Source: an uncultured virus (IMG/VR IMGVR_UViG_3300003815_000003) (taxonomy: Duplodnaviria > Heunggongvirae > Uroviricota > Caudoviricetes). Taken from it: a stretch of 64,000 nt of DNA. A program made the translations under genes and the position numbers. The stretch lies in the IMG/VR virus record IMGVR_UViG_3300003815_000003, one strand, 5' to 3'. Every line of letters begins with the position of its first letter. The first letter of the stretch is position 1. Below the pieces are notes generated by a model. That model saw nothing but the letters and a program-made list of their open reading frames with translations. It searched no databases and was not told the DNA's origin. Positions 46,276-56,532 of this stretch are shown here, piece after piece.

Positions 46276-47208
46276 ATGAAAGTATCAGAAGTTTTAGAAC
46301 TATTTAAAAGCGGGGAGATTTCTCTTGATCTTTGTGGACATGTATATCGCGATGATCTTAAAGATGAAATTATTAAAAAAACTGACCATCAAATAGCATA
46401 TGCTAATGGTGCAAATGATAATAAATGGAATAGCATTGAAAGAGGCGAAGACCCCGAAAAAGTCAATGCTGATATGCGAAAATTCTATCAATGTAGGCTT
46501 GATGATGAAGTAGTTGAAAATGAACATTGTTTTGGATTATCCGAAATTATCAAAATTCATTGTTTTTGTTGTGGAGAAGATGTTCATCCCACTTTATCGG
46601 GAAACATCTTGAAATTTAATTGTTGTTTTACAAGAAGCGATGATAAAAGTTCTAAATGGCGTTATTACTATGATGCTGATTATAACTGTCCCTTAGAATA
46701 TGGATTACCTTTAAAAGGAGTAATTAATATTTCGGAAAAGATGGTTCTTGCCAATTTTATTCCGACAAAGAAAGCAGATTGTCCCGAAGATGAAAACCGA
46801 TACGATAGCTATTCTTTGAATAATTATTTAGGAAGAAAGAATATTACTGAATGGAAAGCAAAAGCTCAAAATGTTGCATACGGACAAACAGGTAGTTGTG
46901 GAAGTACTACAGTTTGGCTTAATAAAGCCAAAGATCATGTAATTATTTCAGAACATTGGTGGGACGAAGAAGATAAGCCTAAAGAATTAGAAGGGTTTAA
47001 AGATATTGGAAGTACTGAAGTAGCAGTTTGGAGGTTTGAAGCCACTGATACTGCTACAACAGATATGGTTGAATGTAAGAAGGTTTGGAAAGAAATGAAT
47101 CAGGATTATGTGATTGCCAAAGTGAAACCGGGTAAATGGGAATTTACAACTTATTATGATCAAGAAGGGAAAATCCTTGCGGAATTAAAATTGATGAAAG
47201 ATAATTAA
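46276..47208 (+). CDS. hypothetical protein
   Basis: 310-aa ORF. Confidence 0.7.
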   Translation: MKVSEVLELFKSGEISLDLCGHVYRDDLKDEIIKKTDHQIAYANGANDNKWNSIERGEDPEKVNADMRKFYQCRLDDEVVENEHCFGLSEIIKIHCFCCGEDVHPTLSGNILKFNCCFTRSDDKSSKWRYYYDADYNCPLEYGLPLKGVINISEKMVLANFIPTKKADCPEDENRYDSYSLNNYLGRKNITEWKAKAQNVAYGQTGSCGSTTVWLNKAKDHVIISEHWWDEEDKPKELEGFKDIGSTEVAVWRFEATDTATTDMVECKKVWKEMNQDYVIAKVKPGKWEFTTYYDQEGKILAELKLMKDN

Positions 47209-47212
47209 TAAT

Positions 47213-47521
47213 ATGGATTATTTTTTCTTGTACCTCATTTCTACATCTATCACATTTATTTTATGCCATTCAGAAATCTTAGACATTTTGAAAATTCGAC
47301 CATTTTTATTCAAATGGGAATTTTTCCGAAAGTTACTTAAATGTGCCTTTTGTACTTCGTTTTACGTAGGAATATTTCTTACATTATTGTTTATTCCATT
47401 TGGGAAAATGTGGATTTTATTTCCTTTAACGGTTTGTCCTATTGTTTTTCTTTGGGATAGAATTGTAATCTATCTTGATGAAAGAATTATTGAATTGGAA
47501 AATAAAAGGAACGGAAAATAA
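47213..47521 (+). CDS. membrane protein, DUF1360-like
   Basis: Hydrophobic helices around LLKCAFCTSF. Confidence 0.55.
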   Translation: MDYFFLYLISTSITFILCHSEILDILKIRPFLFKWEFFRKLLKCAFCTSFYVGIFLTLLFIPFGKMWILFPLTVCPIVFLWDRIVIYLDERIIELENKRNGK

Positions 47522-47558
47522 TGGTTGACAATAACTGGATAAGGGCTAATATACTGGC

Positions 47559-47774
47559 ATGAAACTACCTGGAATTTGGACTGAATGGTCACATGATGAA
47601 GCACTTGCAGAAATTCAACAACCTCAATGGATGTTGATTGATGATAGCGGATTCAATTATTGGAATATCAATAATGGTGAATTACTCAAGATTGGTTACA
47701 ATCAATTTGGGAAATATGTTCATGGTAAAGCATATAAATTTAGTCCAGATAATTCCTTAAACGGATATATTTAA
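47559..47774 (+). CDS. hypothetical protein
   Basis: TTGACA(47525) promoter directly upstream. Confidence 0.6.
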   Translation: MKLPGIWTEWSHDEALAEIQQPQWMLIDDSGFNYWNINNGELLKIGYNQFGKYVHGKAYKFSPDNSLNGYI

Positions 47775-47775
47775 T

Positions 47776-48081
47776 ATGAAACAAGCAAAATATACATTAC
47801 CGAACGGTTTTGAAATTTACCATATTCGCGGTAAATTATATAGTTTAGAATATACAGAAGGATGGTGGGAACCATCTATAGCAGAATTATCTAGTAAATT
47901 AGAGGAATTATATAGAACCTTTATACAAACTAACTTATGTGAATTATTTCATCGAAAAGATGTTAAAATTGAAGCCTATGCTATTGTAAGAGGGGGCGGA
48001 GTAGCACTTAGTATGCAGTTGATGGCAGTATTTCCTAGAAATACTTTAGAGAAATTTATTGAAATTTACGACAGAGATTAA
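47776..48081 (+). CDS. hypothetical protein
   Basis: ORF in operon. Confidence 0.6.
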   Translation: MKQAKYTLPNGFEIYHIRGKLYSLEYTEGWWEPSIAELSSKLEELYRTFIQTNLCELFHRKDVKIEAYAIVRGGGVALSMQLMAVFPRNTLEKFIEIYDRD

Positions 48082-48108
48082 ATTAATTATGAGAACTTTT
48101 AAATTGAT

Positions 48109-48591
48109 ATGAAAACTTTATTAACTATTCTTTCACTTTTAACTGTATCTTGCACTTGCTTTAAACAAGTAAAAACTGTTCCTGTTAAAACTTTTCAAAT
48201 TCGTACAACGGCTTATTGCGGAGCGGGAGAGAAGGATCATATCAAATACGGGAATAAAACTGCAATCGGAACACCTTTAAAGAAAGATAAATCTATTGCG
48301 GCTGACATTAGTATTTTTCCAATTGGAACAAAGATGAAAATTGGAGAAATTGTTTATGAAGTTGATGATTATGGTTCGGCGCTTATTCATGAGAAGGAAA
48401 AACCTATTCCGACTATTGACATTTATAAAACCTCTCGGAAACAAATGAACAAGTGGGGAGTTAAGTATTTTTCTGATGTAGAAATTATTGAATGGGGATC
48501 ATTTGAAGAAAGTGCCAAACTTCTAAAAGATCGCTTGCATTATTCCCATTGCAGACTAATGTATATGAGAATCATCCAACAAAAACTATAA
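48109..48591 (+). CDS. 3D-domain (MltA-like lytic transglycosylase-related) exported protein
   Basis: Signal/lipobox LLTVSC; TTAY, TAIG, IAAD..FPIGT, VDDYG, IDIY. Confidence 0.82.
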   Translation: MKTLLTILSLLTVSCTCFKQVKTVPVKTFQIRTTAYCGAGEKDHIKYGNKTAIGTPLKKDKSIAADISIFPIGTKMKIGEIVYEVDDYGSALIHEKEKPIPTIDIYKTSRKQMNKWGVKYFSDVEIIEWGSFEESAKLLKDRLHYSHCRLMYMRIIQQKL

Positions 48592-48594
48592 ATT

Positions 48595-48879
48595 ATGACT
48601 TTAAAACAGTTTAATAAAAAATATTTCCCAAATATTGATAAACGGGGGAAAGCATTCAATGTTAATTTTAAACCTTTCTTTTCAAAAAATAAAGAAGAGA
48701 TTTTTAAAGATGCAGAATATATGGCTAGATTGAAGGGGCGCTATGCGCTTATCTGTGTCAACGATAATGGCTATACCTTTCTTCCTTGCGACTGTAATGG
48801 TTATGTATATGATATTTCTTTGTTGGAAGGAATTAAGTTGAATAAGGTTTTACGTATGAATGCCAATCTTATTGGTTAA
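48595..48879 (+). CDS. hypothetical protein
   Basis: ORF in operon. Confidence 0.6.
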   Translation: MTLKQFNKKYFPNIDKRGKAFNVNFKPFFSKNKEEIFKDAEYMARLKGRYALICVNDNGYTFLPCDCNGYVYDISLLEGIKLNKVLRMNANLIG

Positions 48880-49036
48880 TATTAGAAAATTATGCAAAAA
48901 GAACCAGAAATCGAAGTCTCCAAAGATTATAAAATCAAAATGGAAAAAGAAGGAATGCTCGATGCATATCAAGGCGCAAAACCTGAATTTCCTGATTGCC
49001 CTTATTATATGATGGGTTACAATTCTGTAAAATAAT

Positions 49037-49531
49037 ATGAGTAAAATTCTATTCAAAACTGCTCAAGAACATTGGGATTGGGCATATGATAATTATCTTC
49101 GTTTCAAAACGGAAGACGATAATAATTTATGGGGAGAACATGAAAAAGCTCTTGAACCTTTTTTTAAATGGGATAATAAACGTTCTAAGCAAGGGATTGA
49201 TAACTACCCTAAAATGACTAAAGAGGAAAAAGAATCTTTTAATCTTTATAAGAAAATTGCTATACTTCCGCAATATTCTCCTGCAAATGAAACCGTTGCT
49301 TCTAGGTTTGATACACCGGAATTAGTTGATACGTTAGGATTCATTTATGATGAATCCGAAGAAATCGATGATTATTATGTTCCTGTTAAGAAAGATAAGC
49401 CATTTAAAACCAGAGAAGATATTAGCTACCCTTGTATCTTATTAACATGGATGGAAATATCGTATGATAGATGTAGTGGCGACAATGTAATTGCCATTAA
49501 TAGATTTGTAAGTTTAGCCGAATTTAACTAA
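49037..49531 (+). CDS. hypothetical protein
   Basis: ORF in operon. Confidence 0.65.
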   Translation: MSKILFKTAQEHWDWAYDNYLRFKTEDDNNLWGEHEKALEPFFKWDNKRSKQGIDNYPKMTKEEKESFNLYKKIAILPQYSPANETVASRFDTPELVDTLGFIYDESEEIDDYYVPVKKDKPFKTREDISYPCILLTWMEISYDRCSGDNVIAINRFVSLAEFN

Positions 49532-49671
49532 TATGAATTGGCCTCAATTTTTCCTAGATGGTTATAGCTTAACCATGAAAGAACTAGTCGAAAGATACTT
49601 AAGTCTTTCCGATTCTAATAAAATTGAATATAAGAAATATTTAGGATTTTTATTAACTTTAAAATAACATA

Positions 49672-50171
49672 ATGCATACTTGTGGTGTTAAAAAATGTAA
49701 ATCCTTTTTTGGAGATAGTAAACGTTTCAGTGTTTTCACTTATAAAGTTCCTGAAAAAGATAAACGAGAGATGTGTAAGTACTGTTTCAATGAGAGTCCT
49801 GATAGAATTATAGACCCTATTGATCTAGCTAAGTATCAAGAATATTATAAAGGGGATAATTTTAAAGCATTTCGATGTAACCTATGTTCATCAACTTTTC
49901 ATTTCAGAGAACCAAAAAAAGAAATGGTTCACATGAATATATTGTTCTTATTGACGGTGATGATGGTTGTCAACGCGATAACGATTCTACCCAAACAACT
50001 ATTAATACCATTCTAGGAAAGGCTAAACAGATAGCAAATGAATTGCTTGCTTCTCATAATAAAACACTTGCAGAAGAACAGGAACGTGATAGAATAGCCA
50101 AAGAAGAGCAAGAGCATCAACGTAAACTAGCTCAATATCATCAATTACAAAAAGAATTAGGATTGAATTAA
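49672..50171 (+). CDS. Zn-finger-containing protein split by a -1 frameshift at the A7 run 49914-49920
   Basis: ORF 49672 (CKYC, CNLC) turns into implausible sequence after A7; the -1 frame continues KRNGSHEYIV...ELGLN to the stop 1 nt before the next gene. Confidence 0.55.
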
Positions 50172-50172
50172 T

Positions 50173-50694
50173 ATGAAAGCAAAAGATTTAAAAGCATTAA
50201 TTGCAACTATTCCCGATGAAGATGAAGTAGGATGGGCAGAATATACCGATTATGCGAAATGTTTTGGATTAGATACGAATTTTTACACTCCTACTCAATA
50301 TCAAAATTCTTTTAATAAAGAACAGAAAGTTTGGGTATTTAATGCCGATATGCGAACGGACGTGTTGGCAGGTTATGAAAAAGTTTCAGAAGTAGATGAA
50401 GAACTTGAAAAGATTCTAACCTCTTTCCCTCCTAATCCTCTTTGGAAAATTGAAAAAATCGATGAAAAAACTTTAGCCGTCCTTTTCAACAATAGATTCT
50501 TTAATCTTTGTTTCTATGTTGAAAAAACAGAAACTTCTCCTAAACAGTATTTCTACACTATTCCAAATGGAAATCCTCATAATTTTACCAATTGGGTTGA
50601 ATTCTTCCAAACAGTTGATCCAATTATCAAAAAACGAATTGATAGTTTATGCGTCGAAGTGATTTCTCTTAAGAAGCAAGTAACACCAGAATAA
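50173..50694 (+). CDS. hypothetical protein
   Basis: ORF in operon. Confidence 0.65.
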   Translation: MKAKDLKALIATIPDEDEVGWAEYTDYAKCFGLDTNFYTPTQYQNSFNKEQKVWVFNADMRTDVLAGYEKVSEVDEELEKILTSFPPNPLWKIEKIDEKTLAVLFNNRFFNLCFYVEKTETSPKQYFYTIPNGNPHNFTNWVEFFQTVDPIIKKRIDSLCVEVISLKKQVTPE

Positions 50695-50716
50695 TTTCTT
50701 TCCTACGATTTTAAAT

Positions 50717-51175
50717 ATGAAACATTCTTCCTTATCCTGGCGTGATGGTGAACTTCTCCTTAAAGATGGACAGGCAATGTCCTTTCGAGAATACACACTT
50801 CCCCAAATCACAAAGATTGTTAGCCCTTCCCTAACTCTTACCCAAAATATTAATAAACTTTACAAGTATATTCGTATTCCTTGGACTAATGGGAAAATCT
50901 CTAGTCTTGCCATCTCCTACTATCATCCCATTTACATCATTGCCGATCAAGGTAACTTTGTTCTAAAAATGGAAAAAGGCATTGTAGAAAAGGTGAAGCA
51001 TCCCGGCGCTCTTGAATTCCGTCATTTTAATTATCTAGAAAGAATTTCTAAACCTGTTGACGAAAGTTATATTTCCGTCTATACTTCTCCTTATAATCCT
51101 GAATCTGTTCAAGGACGTATCAATTTCATGAAACGTAAAAATAACGAGAAATATCTACAATCTTTAAGCTCATAA
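50717..51175 (+). CDS. hypothetical protein
   Basis: ORF in operon. Confidence 0.65.
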   Translation: MKHSSLSWRDGELLLKDGQAMSFREYTLPQITKIVSPSLTLTQNINKLYKYIRIPWTNGKISSLAISYYHPIYIIADQGNFVLKMEKGIVEKVKHPGALEFRHFNYLERISKPVDESYISVYTSPYNPESVQGRINFMKRKNNEKYLQSLSS

Positions 51176-51182
51176 TTAATTT

Positions 51183-51527
51183 ATGGAAATTGTAATCAAT
51201 AGTTGTCCCGGCGAATTTTCTTTGTCAGAAGAAGCAGTTCAACATTATGCACAGGAAAGCGGATTAGTTCTTTATATTCGTCGAGAACCTTGTGAAAACT
51301 TATATTATACCAAGAAAAAAGAATTAAGAAAAGATGAAGAAGATGGTCTTTGGATTCCCAAGAAACATATTCCCCGGTCTGAAAAGACTTTAGTTAATAT
51401 TGTTAAAACTATGGGGAAAAAGGCAAATACCATTTACTCAAGTTTGAAGGTAGTTCCTGTTGACAATACCCGAAACTGGCTTATAGTGGAGAATGATGGC
51501 AAAGAAACAATTCAATATTTAAATTAA
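51183..51527 (+). CDS. conserved-looking hypothetical phage protein
   Basis: IVINSCPGEFSLS...LKVV...IVENDGKE pattern common in large phages. Confidence 0.7.
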   Translation: MEIVINSCPGEFSLSEEAVQHYAQESGLVLYIRREPCENLYYTKKKELRKDEEDGLWIPKKHIPRSEKTLVNIVKTMGKKANTIYSSLKVVPVDNTRNWLIVENDGKETIQYLN

Positions 51528-51533
51528 TAAAAT

Positions 51534-52967
51534 ATGACTGCGGGACAATTATTCACATATAATAAGTATTTTGGAGAAAATCAGGCTGATCTTACGATTG
51601 ATAAGATTAAAGATATTTTTGTGCAAATTAGCGAAGAAAGATACGAGGGTTATCTAAGTTATTCGACTGTTCAAGAAATCATTTCTTATTTTAATTCTAC
51701 TAAAGGAAGAGAATTAGGGGTTGTTGCCGGGCATATTGCCGATGCACAGGTGTATAGTAGGTACAGTTTGGTTGAAAAAGATAGACATTTTTATGATATT
51801 GCAGCAGATGTTTATTATCTAAGTACCAACGGTTTCGTGGAAGTTTGGCGAAAAGATGGTTCATATTTTGAAGCACATGGAAACAATATTAAATCCTCAT
51901 TAGGTTTTTATTGTGTACATAATCGGAAATGGTATTATGCTCCTGAATTCACCCGAATTTTCGATGCTATATCCGATGAATGTTATTGTTTGGAAGAATG
52001 TGAAGATATTTTATATCATTGGTCAAATGACAAATATTCCATAACCCAAGAAAGCCTAAGCCATAAAGATATTTCTTCCTTTAGAAAAATTAAGGTATAT
52101 CATTCTTCTAGTCGTCCTAAATGGTGGAAAGAAAAACAAGGTATTGGTATGGAATTGGAAATGTATTCAACCCATAGAGAAGGATTTATTAAAACTATTC
52201 CTGAAGATATTCTGGCAGAAACAGATGGTTCTCTTTGTTATAACTATGGAGTAGAACTTATTGGTGGTCCTTATACTCTTGAAGAATATCAATCAGGTAA
52301 AACTCCTTGGCAGACCGTTCTTTCTAACGAAAATAAAAAGAAATTTGATTTACAAGGATTTGATAATGAGGATACTTCCTCTAATCAATACGGAATCCAT
52401 TTAAGTATTTCCCGTGAATTATTTACATCTTTACATGCTGCCAAATTTATTATTTGGTTTAACCAACAATCTAATTTGGTTAAGCTTGTTGCACAAAGAA
52501 CAAAAATTTATGAAGGAAAATATGGCACTTACCCTGATATTAAATCAATTGTAACTGATACTGTTGATATTGATTCTTATGATGTCAAAGAACGAGCCTT
52601 TCTAAAAAGAAAAAAGAACATTAAAACGAAGAAATACGAACCTGTTTCAATTGATGCAAAACGTCTAGAAGTACGTGTTTTTGCCAGTAATATTAAATGG
52701 ACACGCATTCTTAAGAACATTGAATTTGTTCAAGCCGCATTTGACTTCACTCGAAATTGTAGTATAAGTGTAATCGCACCACCAGAAGGAACTACACAGT
52801 TTCTTACTTGGCTTAATCAACAAGCTAATTTCTATCATCTTAAAGCCTTTCTATCTGAAATGAAAAGTTATAAACTAATCGAAACTTTCGGAGACGAATC
52901 AATTGAAACAGAAAAGTTGTTGGAAAATCATCTATTCACGCTTAAATCATCCTCAAAAAAGCAATAA
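51534..52967 (+). CDS. putative amidoligase (COOH-NH2 ligase)
   Basis: GMELE, ETDGSL, GVELIGGP, GIHLSIS, KYEPV, EVRVFAS. Confidence 0.8.
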   Translation: MTAGQLFTYNKYFGENQADLTIDKIKDIFVQISEERYEGYLSYSTVQEIISYFNSTKGRELGVVAGHIADAQVYSRYSLVEKDRHFYDIAADVYYLSTNGFVEVWRKDGSYFEAHGNNIKSSLGFYCVHNRKWYYAPEFTRIFDAISDECYCLEECEDILYHWSNDKYSITQESLSHKDISSFRKIKVYHSSSRPKWWKEKQGIGMELEMYSTHREGFIKTIPEDILAETDGSLCYNYGVELIGGPYTLEEYQSGKTPWQTVLSNENKKKFDLQGFDNEDTSSNQYGIHLSISRELFTSLHAAKFIIWFNQQSNLVKLVAQRTKIYEGKYGTYPDIKSIVTDTVDIDSYDVKERAFLKRKKNIKTKKYEPVSIDAKRLEVRVFASNIKWTRILKNIEFVQAAFDFTRNCSISVIAPPEGTTQFLTWLNQQANFYHLKAFLSEMKSYKLIETFGDESIETEKLLENHLFTLKSSSKKQ

Positions 52968-52973
52968 ACTAAA

Positions 52974-53825
52974 ATGTGTCTATTAATTTTTAAACCAGCA
53001 GGAAAGTTAGTTCCTAATATTTTCCTTGAGAATGCAGCAGATCGTAATCCCCATGGATGTGGAATTGCATTTGCTCAAAATAATAAAATTGTAGTAGAGA
53101 AATCGGCCAAATGGGGAGCAACAGAAATCGCCAAAGTATTAGAAGATAATCATGAATATCCTGCAATTATTCATTTCCGCTATGCTACTCATGGTTCACA
53201 AACTAAAGATAACACTCATCCTTTTATTCTAAATGAAAGTTGGGTTGCTGCTCATAATGGCATTATTCCTTCTGTCCAAACTAAAGGTGATGAAAGTGAT
53301 ACCAGAGCATTCCTTCGACAACGTGTTATTCCTTTGCTCAAAAATAATGTAAGATTAGATGATAATGCTATTCTTGCACAGTTGGGGAAAGCCATGGGAC
53401 AAACTAATAAAATGGCATTCCTTGCTGCCGATGGAAGTTTTGGAATTGCTAACGAGAAAAGTGGTCATTGGAAAGATGGCGTTTGGTATAGTAATCATTC
53501 TTACGAAGAATATGTTTATCAAGTTCCTCGTTCCCCTGGATTTGGTTATAGCAACAAATATAAACACCAGACAGGATTTTATTCAGGTCGGGATGATTAT
53601 TTTTCTGGTTCAAGTCGGTCTAGTATGTATGAAGATCAATATTATCCAGAAGAAGAATTAGAAAACATTTACACGAAGAAAAAACCTGATGATGATGAAG
53701 TGTGGCATCATATTGATTTGCATGCATTATCTTGTGATAGTTGTGGGCAGAATATCAAGGATGAATTTCGTCTAGAAGGACATTCAGGATTAATGTATTG
53801 CTTTGATTGTTATAATAAGATTTAA
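52974..53825 (+). CDS. class II (Ntn) glutamine amidotransferase
   Basis: N-terminal MC, NPHGCG, HFRYATHG, NTHPF, HNG, ESDT. Confidence 0.9.
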   Translation: MCLLIFKPAGKLVPNIFLENAADRNPHGCGIAFAQNNKIVVEKSAKWGATEIAKVLEDNHEYPAIIHFRYATHGSQTKDNTHPFILNESWVAAHNGIIPSVQTKGDESDTRAFLRQRVIPLLKNNVRLDDNAILAQLGKAMGQTNKMAFLAADGSFGIANEKSGHWKDGVWYSNHSYEEYVYQVPRSPGFGYSNKYKHQTGFYSGRDDYFSGSSRSSMYEDQYYPEEELENIYTKKKPDDDEVWHHIDLHALSCDSCGQNIKDEFRLEGHSGLMYCFDCYNKI

Positions 53826-53838
53826 TTAATTTTCAATA

Positions 53839-55284
53839 ATGAATACTCTTGAGATATTACAAAATAGATTGCTTGCTCAAAAGCAAAGGGTTAAAGTTAA
53901 AAAGACTTTAACAGTTAAACGAGCAGAAGAGATTGCTAATAATAGGTTAGGCGGTTCATGGGCAGTTGCAAGAGATACCCGCCGACTTGGACAAACTTGT
54001 ACTCTAATCAAAGATATTTATGGGAAATATTATGAAACCTATTCCTTGCTTAAACTGGTAAGAAGGTCAGTTAGAGGAAATGCTGATGCATATTTCCCTC
54101 TTAAACAATTTCAATTAGGAAAATGTCCTGAAATTTACCGTTGTGAATTGACACAAGAATATATTCATTCTGCTTATATTTCTCCTAAAGATGTATTTGA
54201 TAATCGCAATATTTGTATCACTGTTGCATATGATTATTGTTTTTATAAGAATTATATTTTTGTATGGCCTGATGGTACTACCAGAACGTATGCTCCGCCA
54301 CAAGCCCGACAAGTTCAACGTTATCATGGTTCTTATCGTCCTATTTGGTGGAACAAAAAGAAAGGTATGGGAATGGAACTAGAAATTGATATTAATGATA
54401 AATCACGGTTTGCTCAGAATTTATCTGATGATATTCTTATTGAAAATGATGGATCATTAGGAGTAAAAGGGGTAGAACTTATTGGTGGTCCTTATACTCT
54501 TGACGAGTACCAAGATAGTAAAACTCCTTGGAATGAAGTATTAGAACAGATTAAAGAGATTGGAGGAGCAGGACATATTGCTGGAGAATTTTACGGAATT
54601 CATATTTCCGTTTCCCGTTCCTTATTCACATCTTTTCATGGAGCAAAATTTGTTTGTTTCTTTAATCAACAAGCAGAATTGTGCCAACTAATCGGACAAC
54701 GTAAGCAGTTGTATGGTTGTGGCGATAAAAGCGGTTATCATAATCGAACAAAAATTAAAGAAGTAGTTTATTATAATCCACAAGATGCCAGCAAACATAT
54801 TCATTATCGCGATAATGAAGGACGTATTATACAGAGTGATCCTGTTCTTTGTTATGGTGGAACATATATTAATTCCGAAACCAAACAAGAAAGACACGTT
54901 CAAGGTATTTATACTAATATTGAAACAGGAAAATATGAACCTGTTAAAGTAGATGAAAATCGTTATGAAGTGCGTATTTTCCGTTCTAATCTTCGATGGG
55001 AACGTATTCTAAAAAATATTCAATTTGTTGATGCCGTTCGGGTTTACACTCTTCATGCTTCTGCATCTTCAGTATGTGCTCCTTATCAAGGAACCGCAGA
55101 TTTCTTATTCTGGTTAGGTAAACAACAAGGTTATACGGCATTAAAGAAGTTCCTGGTTGACAATGCCAAGAATTTCCCCGATAATAATGCTAACTTCCGT
55201 GTCAGTGACAAATGCAAAGACTTTGCTCAATTAGTATCTTTTAAACTCAATAAATCCCAACAAGTAACCATTTCCGATCTATAA
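53839..55284 (+). CDS. putative amidoligase (COOH-NH2 ligase)
   Basis: GMELE, ENDGSL, GVELIGGP, GIHISVS, KYEPV, EVRIFRS. Confidence 0.8.
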   Translation: MNTLEILQNRLLAQKQRVKVKKTLTVKRAEEIANNRLGGSWAVARDTRRLGQTCTLIKDIYGKYYETYSLLKLVRRSVRGNADAYFPLKQFQLGKCPEIYRCELTQEYIHSAYISPKDVFDNRNICITVAYDYCFYKNYIFVWPDGTTRTYAPPQARQVQRYHGSYRPIWWNKKKGMGMELEIDINDKSRFAQNLSDDILIENDGSLGVKGVELIGGPYTLDEYQDSKTPWNEVLEQIKEIGGAGHIAGEFYGIHISVSRSLFTSFHGAKFVCFFNQQAELCQLIGQRKQLYGCGDKSGYHNRTKIKEVVYYNPQDASKHIHYRDNEGRIIQSDPVLCYGGTYINSETKQERHVQGIYTNIETGKYEPVKVDENRYEVRIFRSNLRWERILKNIQFVDAVRVYTLHASASSVCAPYQGTADFLFWLGKQQGYTALKKFLVDNAKNFPDNNANFRVSDKCKDFAQLVSFKLNKSQQVTISDL

Positions 55285-55289
55285 TTTTT

Positions 55290-56258
55290 ATGTGCCTTCT
55301 TATTTTTAAACCAGCAGGATTAAGTGTTCCTGAAAATCATTTAATTGCAGCAGCAAACGGTAATCCGCATGGAAGTGGAATTGCAATTGCTACGGGAAAT
55401 GAAATTATTATTCATAAAGACCCTGCATGGCGAGCCAAGGAAATCACTGAAATTCTTAAACAGAATGAACAATATCCGGCAATTATTCATTTTCGTTTTG
55501 CTACTCATGGAAGTAAAACCGTTGCCAATACTCATCCTTTTATTCTTAATAATGATTGGGTAGCTGCTCATAATGGGGTAATTAGTATTTCTACTGAACC
55601 AGATGAAAGTGATACAAGGGCATTTCTTCGTAAGAATGTTATCCCCATTATTGAAAATGGTTATACATTAACAGATAAAGAAATTCTGGCTATTCTTTCC
55701 GAAGAAATGGGAAAATCTAATAAGATGACTTTCCTTCATAAGAATGGTGAATATGGGATTGCTAATGAAGCCAGCGGACATTGGAAAGACGGTGTATGGT
55801 ATAGTAATCATGGTTACATGCATACTTGCCATTATGGTGATTGGGAAGATGATGATATGGATTGGTCATATCATGGAGCATATCAGAATCATAACACTCA
55901 ATACTTTGATTATCGGACTAAAGCGCCCAAAGCGCCTGTTCCTCCTCGTTTTAGCGCATTTGGAAAGGTGATTGAAGATGACGATAGCGGAAGTCGTTAT
56001 GATGCGGAATATGACAACAGGAATGCATTAATGGTGCTTCCTGATAAAGTTAACCAATATAATGAAAAATGGCATATCATGGATACATTGAATACGGTTT
56101 GTGATTCTTGCCATCAGGAGATTTGGGGAAAATATGCATATGAATCTACGGAAGAATTATATGTTTGTGAAGAATGTTGTAAATTTCTTCCCGCATCATT
56201 AGGTATTCCTCGAAGCATGCGAATGGTTGATACCGTAGAAGTAGAAGTAGAACAATAA
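55290..56258 (+). CDS. class II (Ntn) glutamine amidotransferase
   Basis: N-terminal MC, NPHGSG, HFRFATHG, NTHPF, HNG, ESDT. Confidence 0.9.
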   Translation: MCLLIFKPAGLSVPENHLIAAANGNPHGSGIAIATGNEIIIHKDPAWRAKEITEILKQNEQYPAIIHFRFATHGSKTVANTHPFILNNDWVAAHNGVISISTEPDESDTRAFLRKNVIPIIENGYTLTDKEILAILSEEMGKSNKMTFLHKNGEYGIANEASGHWKDGVWYSNHGYMHTCHYGDWEDDDMDWSYHGAYQNHNTQYFDYRTKAPKAPVPPRFSAFGKVIEDDDSGSRYDAEYDNRNALMVLPDKVNQYNEKWHIMDTLNTVCDSCHQEIWGKYAYESTEELYVCEECCKFLPASLGIPRSMRMVDTVEVEVEQ

Positions 56259-56298
56259 AGAATTGACAAAGTAACCAACGTAAAGTATCATAAAACAT

Positions 56299-56520
56299 AT
56301 GAATAGACAGACAAAGCTAGGTAAGAATACAAAGCCACAATTTTGCGTCCGTAATGGTGGAGCAAATCCGATTCTTTCCCCTGTTCAACATGGGAAATTT
56401 GCCTTTCAAGACCCTGTAAAGGCGATTCAACGCAAGAAAGCAGAAGGAAATAATTCTTGGCGAGTGACGGGCAGGCATCCTAATGCAAACACGAATAAGA
56501 ACACTAATCGTAACAAGTAA
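56299..56520 (+). CDS. small basic hypothetical protein
   Basis: Promoter TTGACA(56263)-N17-TATCAT. Confidence 0.6.
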   Translation: MNRQTKLGKNTKPQFCVRNGGANPILSPVQHGKFAFQDPVKAIQRKKAEGNNSWRVTGRHPNANTNKNTNRNK

Positions 56521-56532
56521 TTATTTTTCTTT

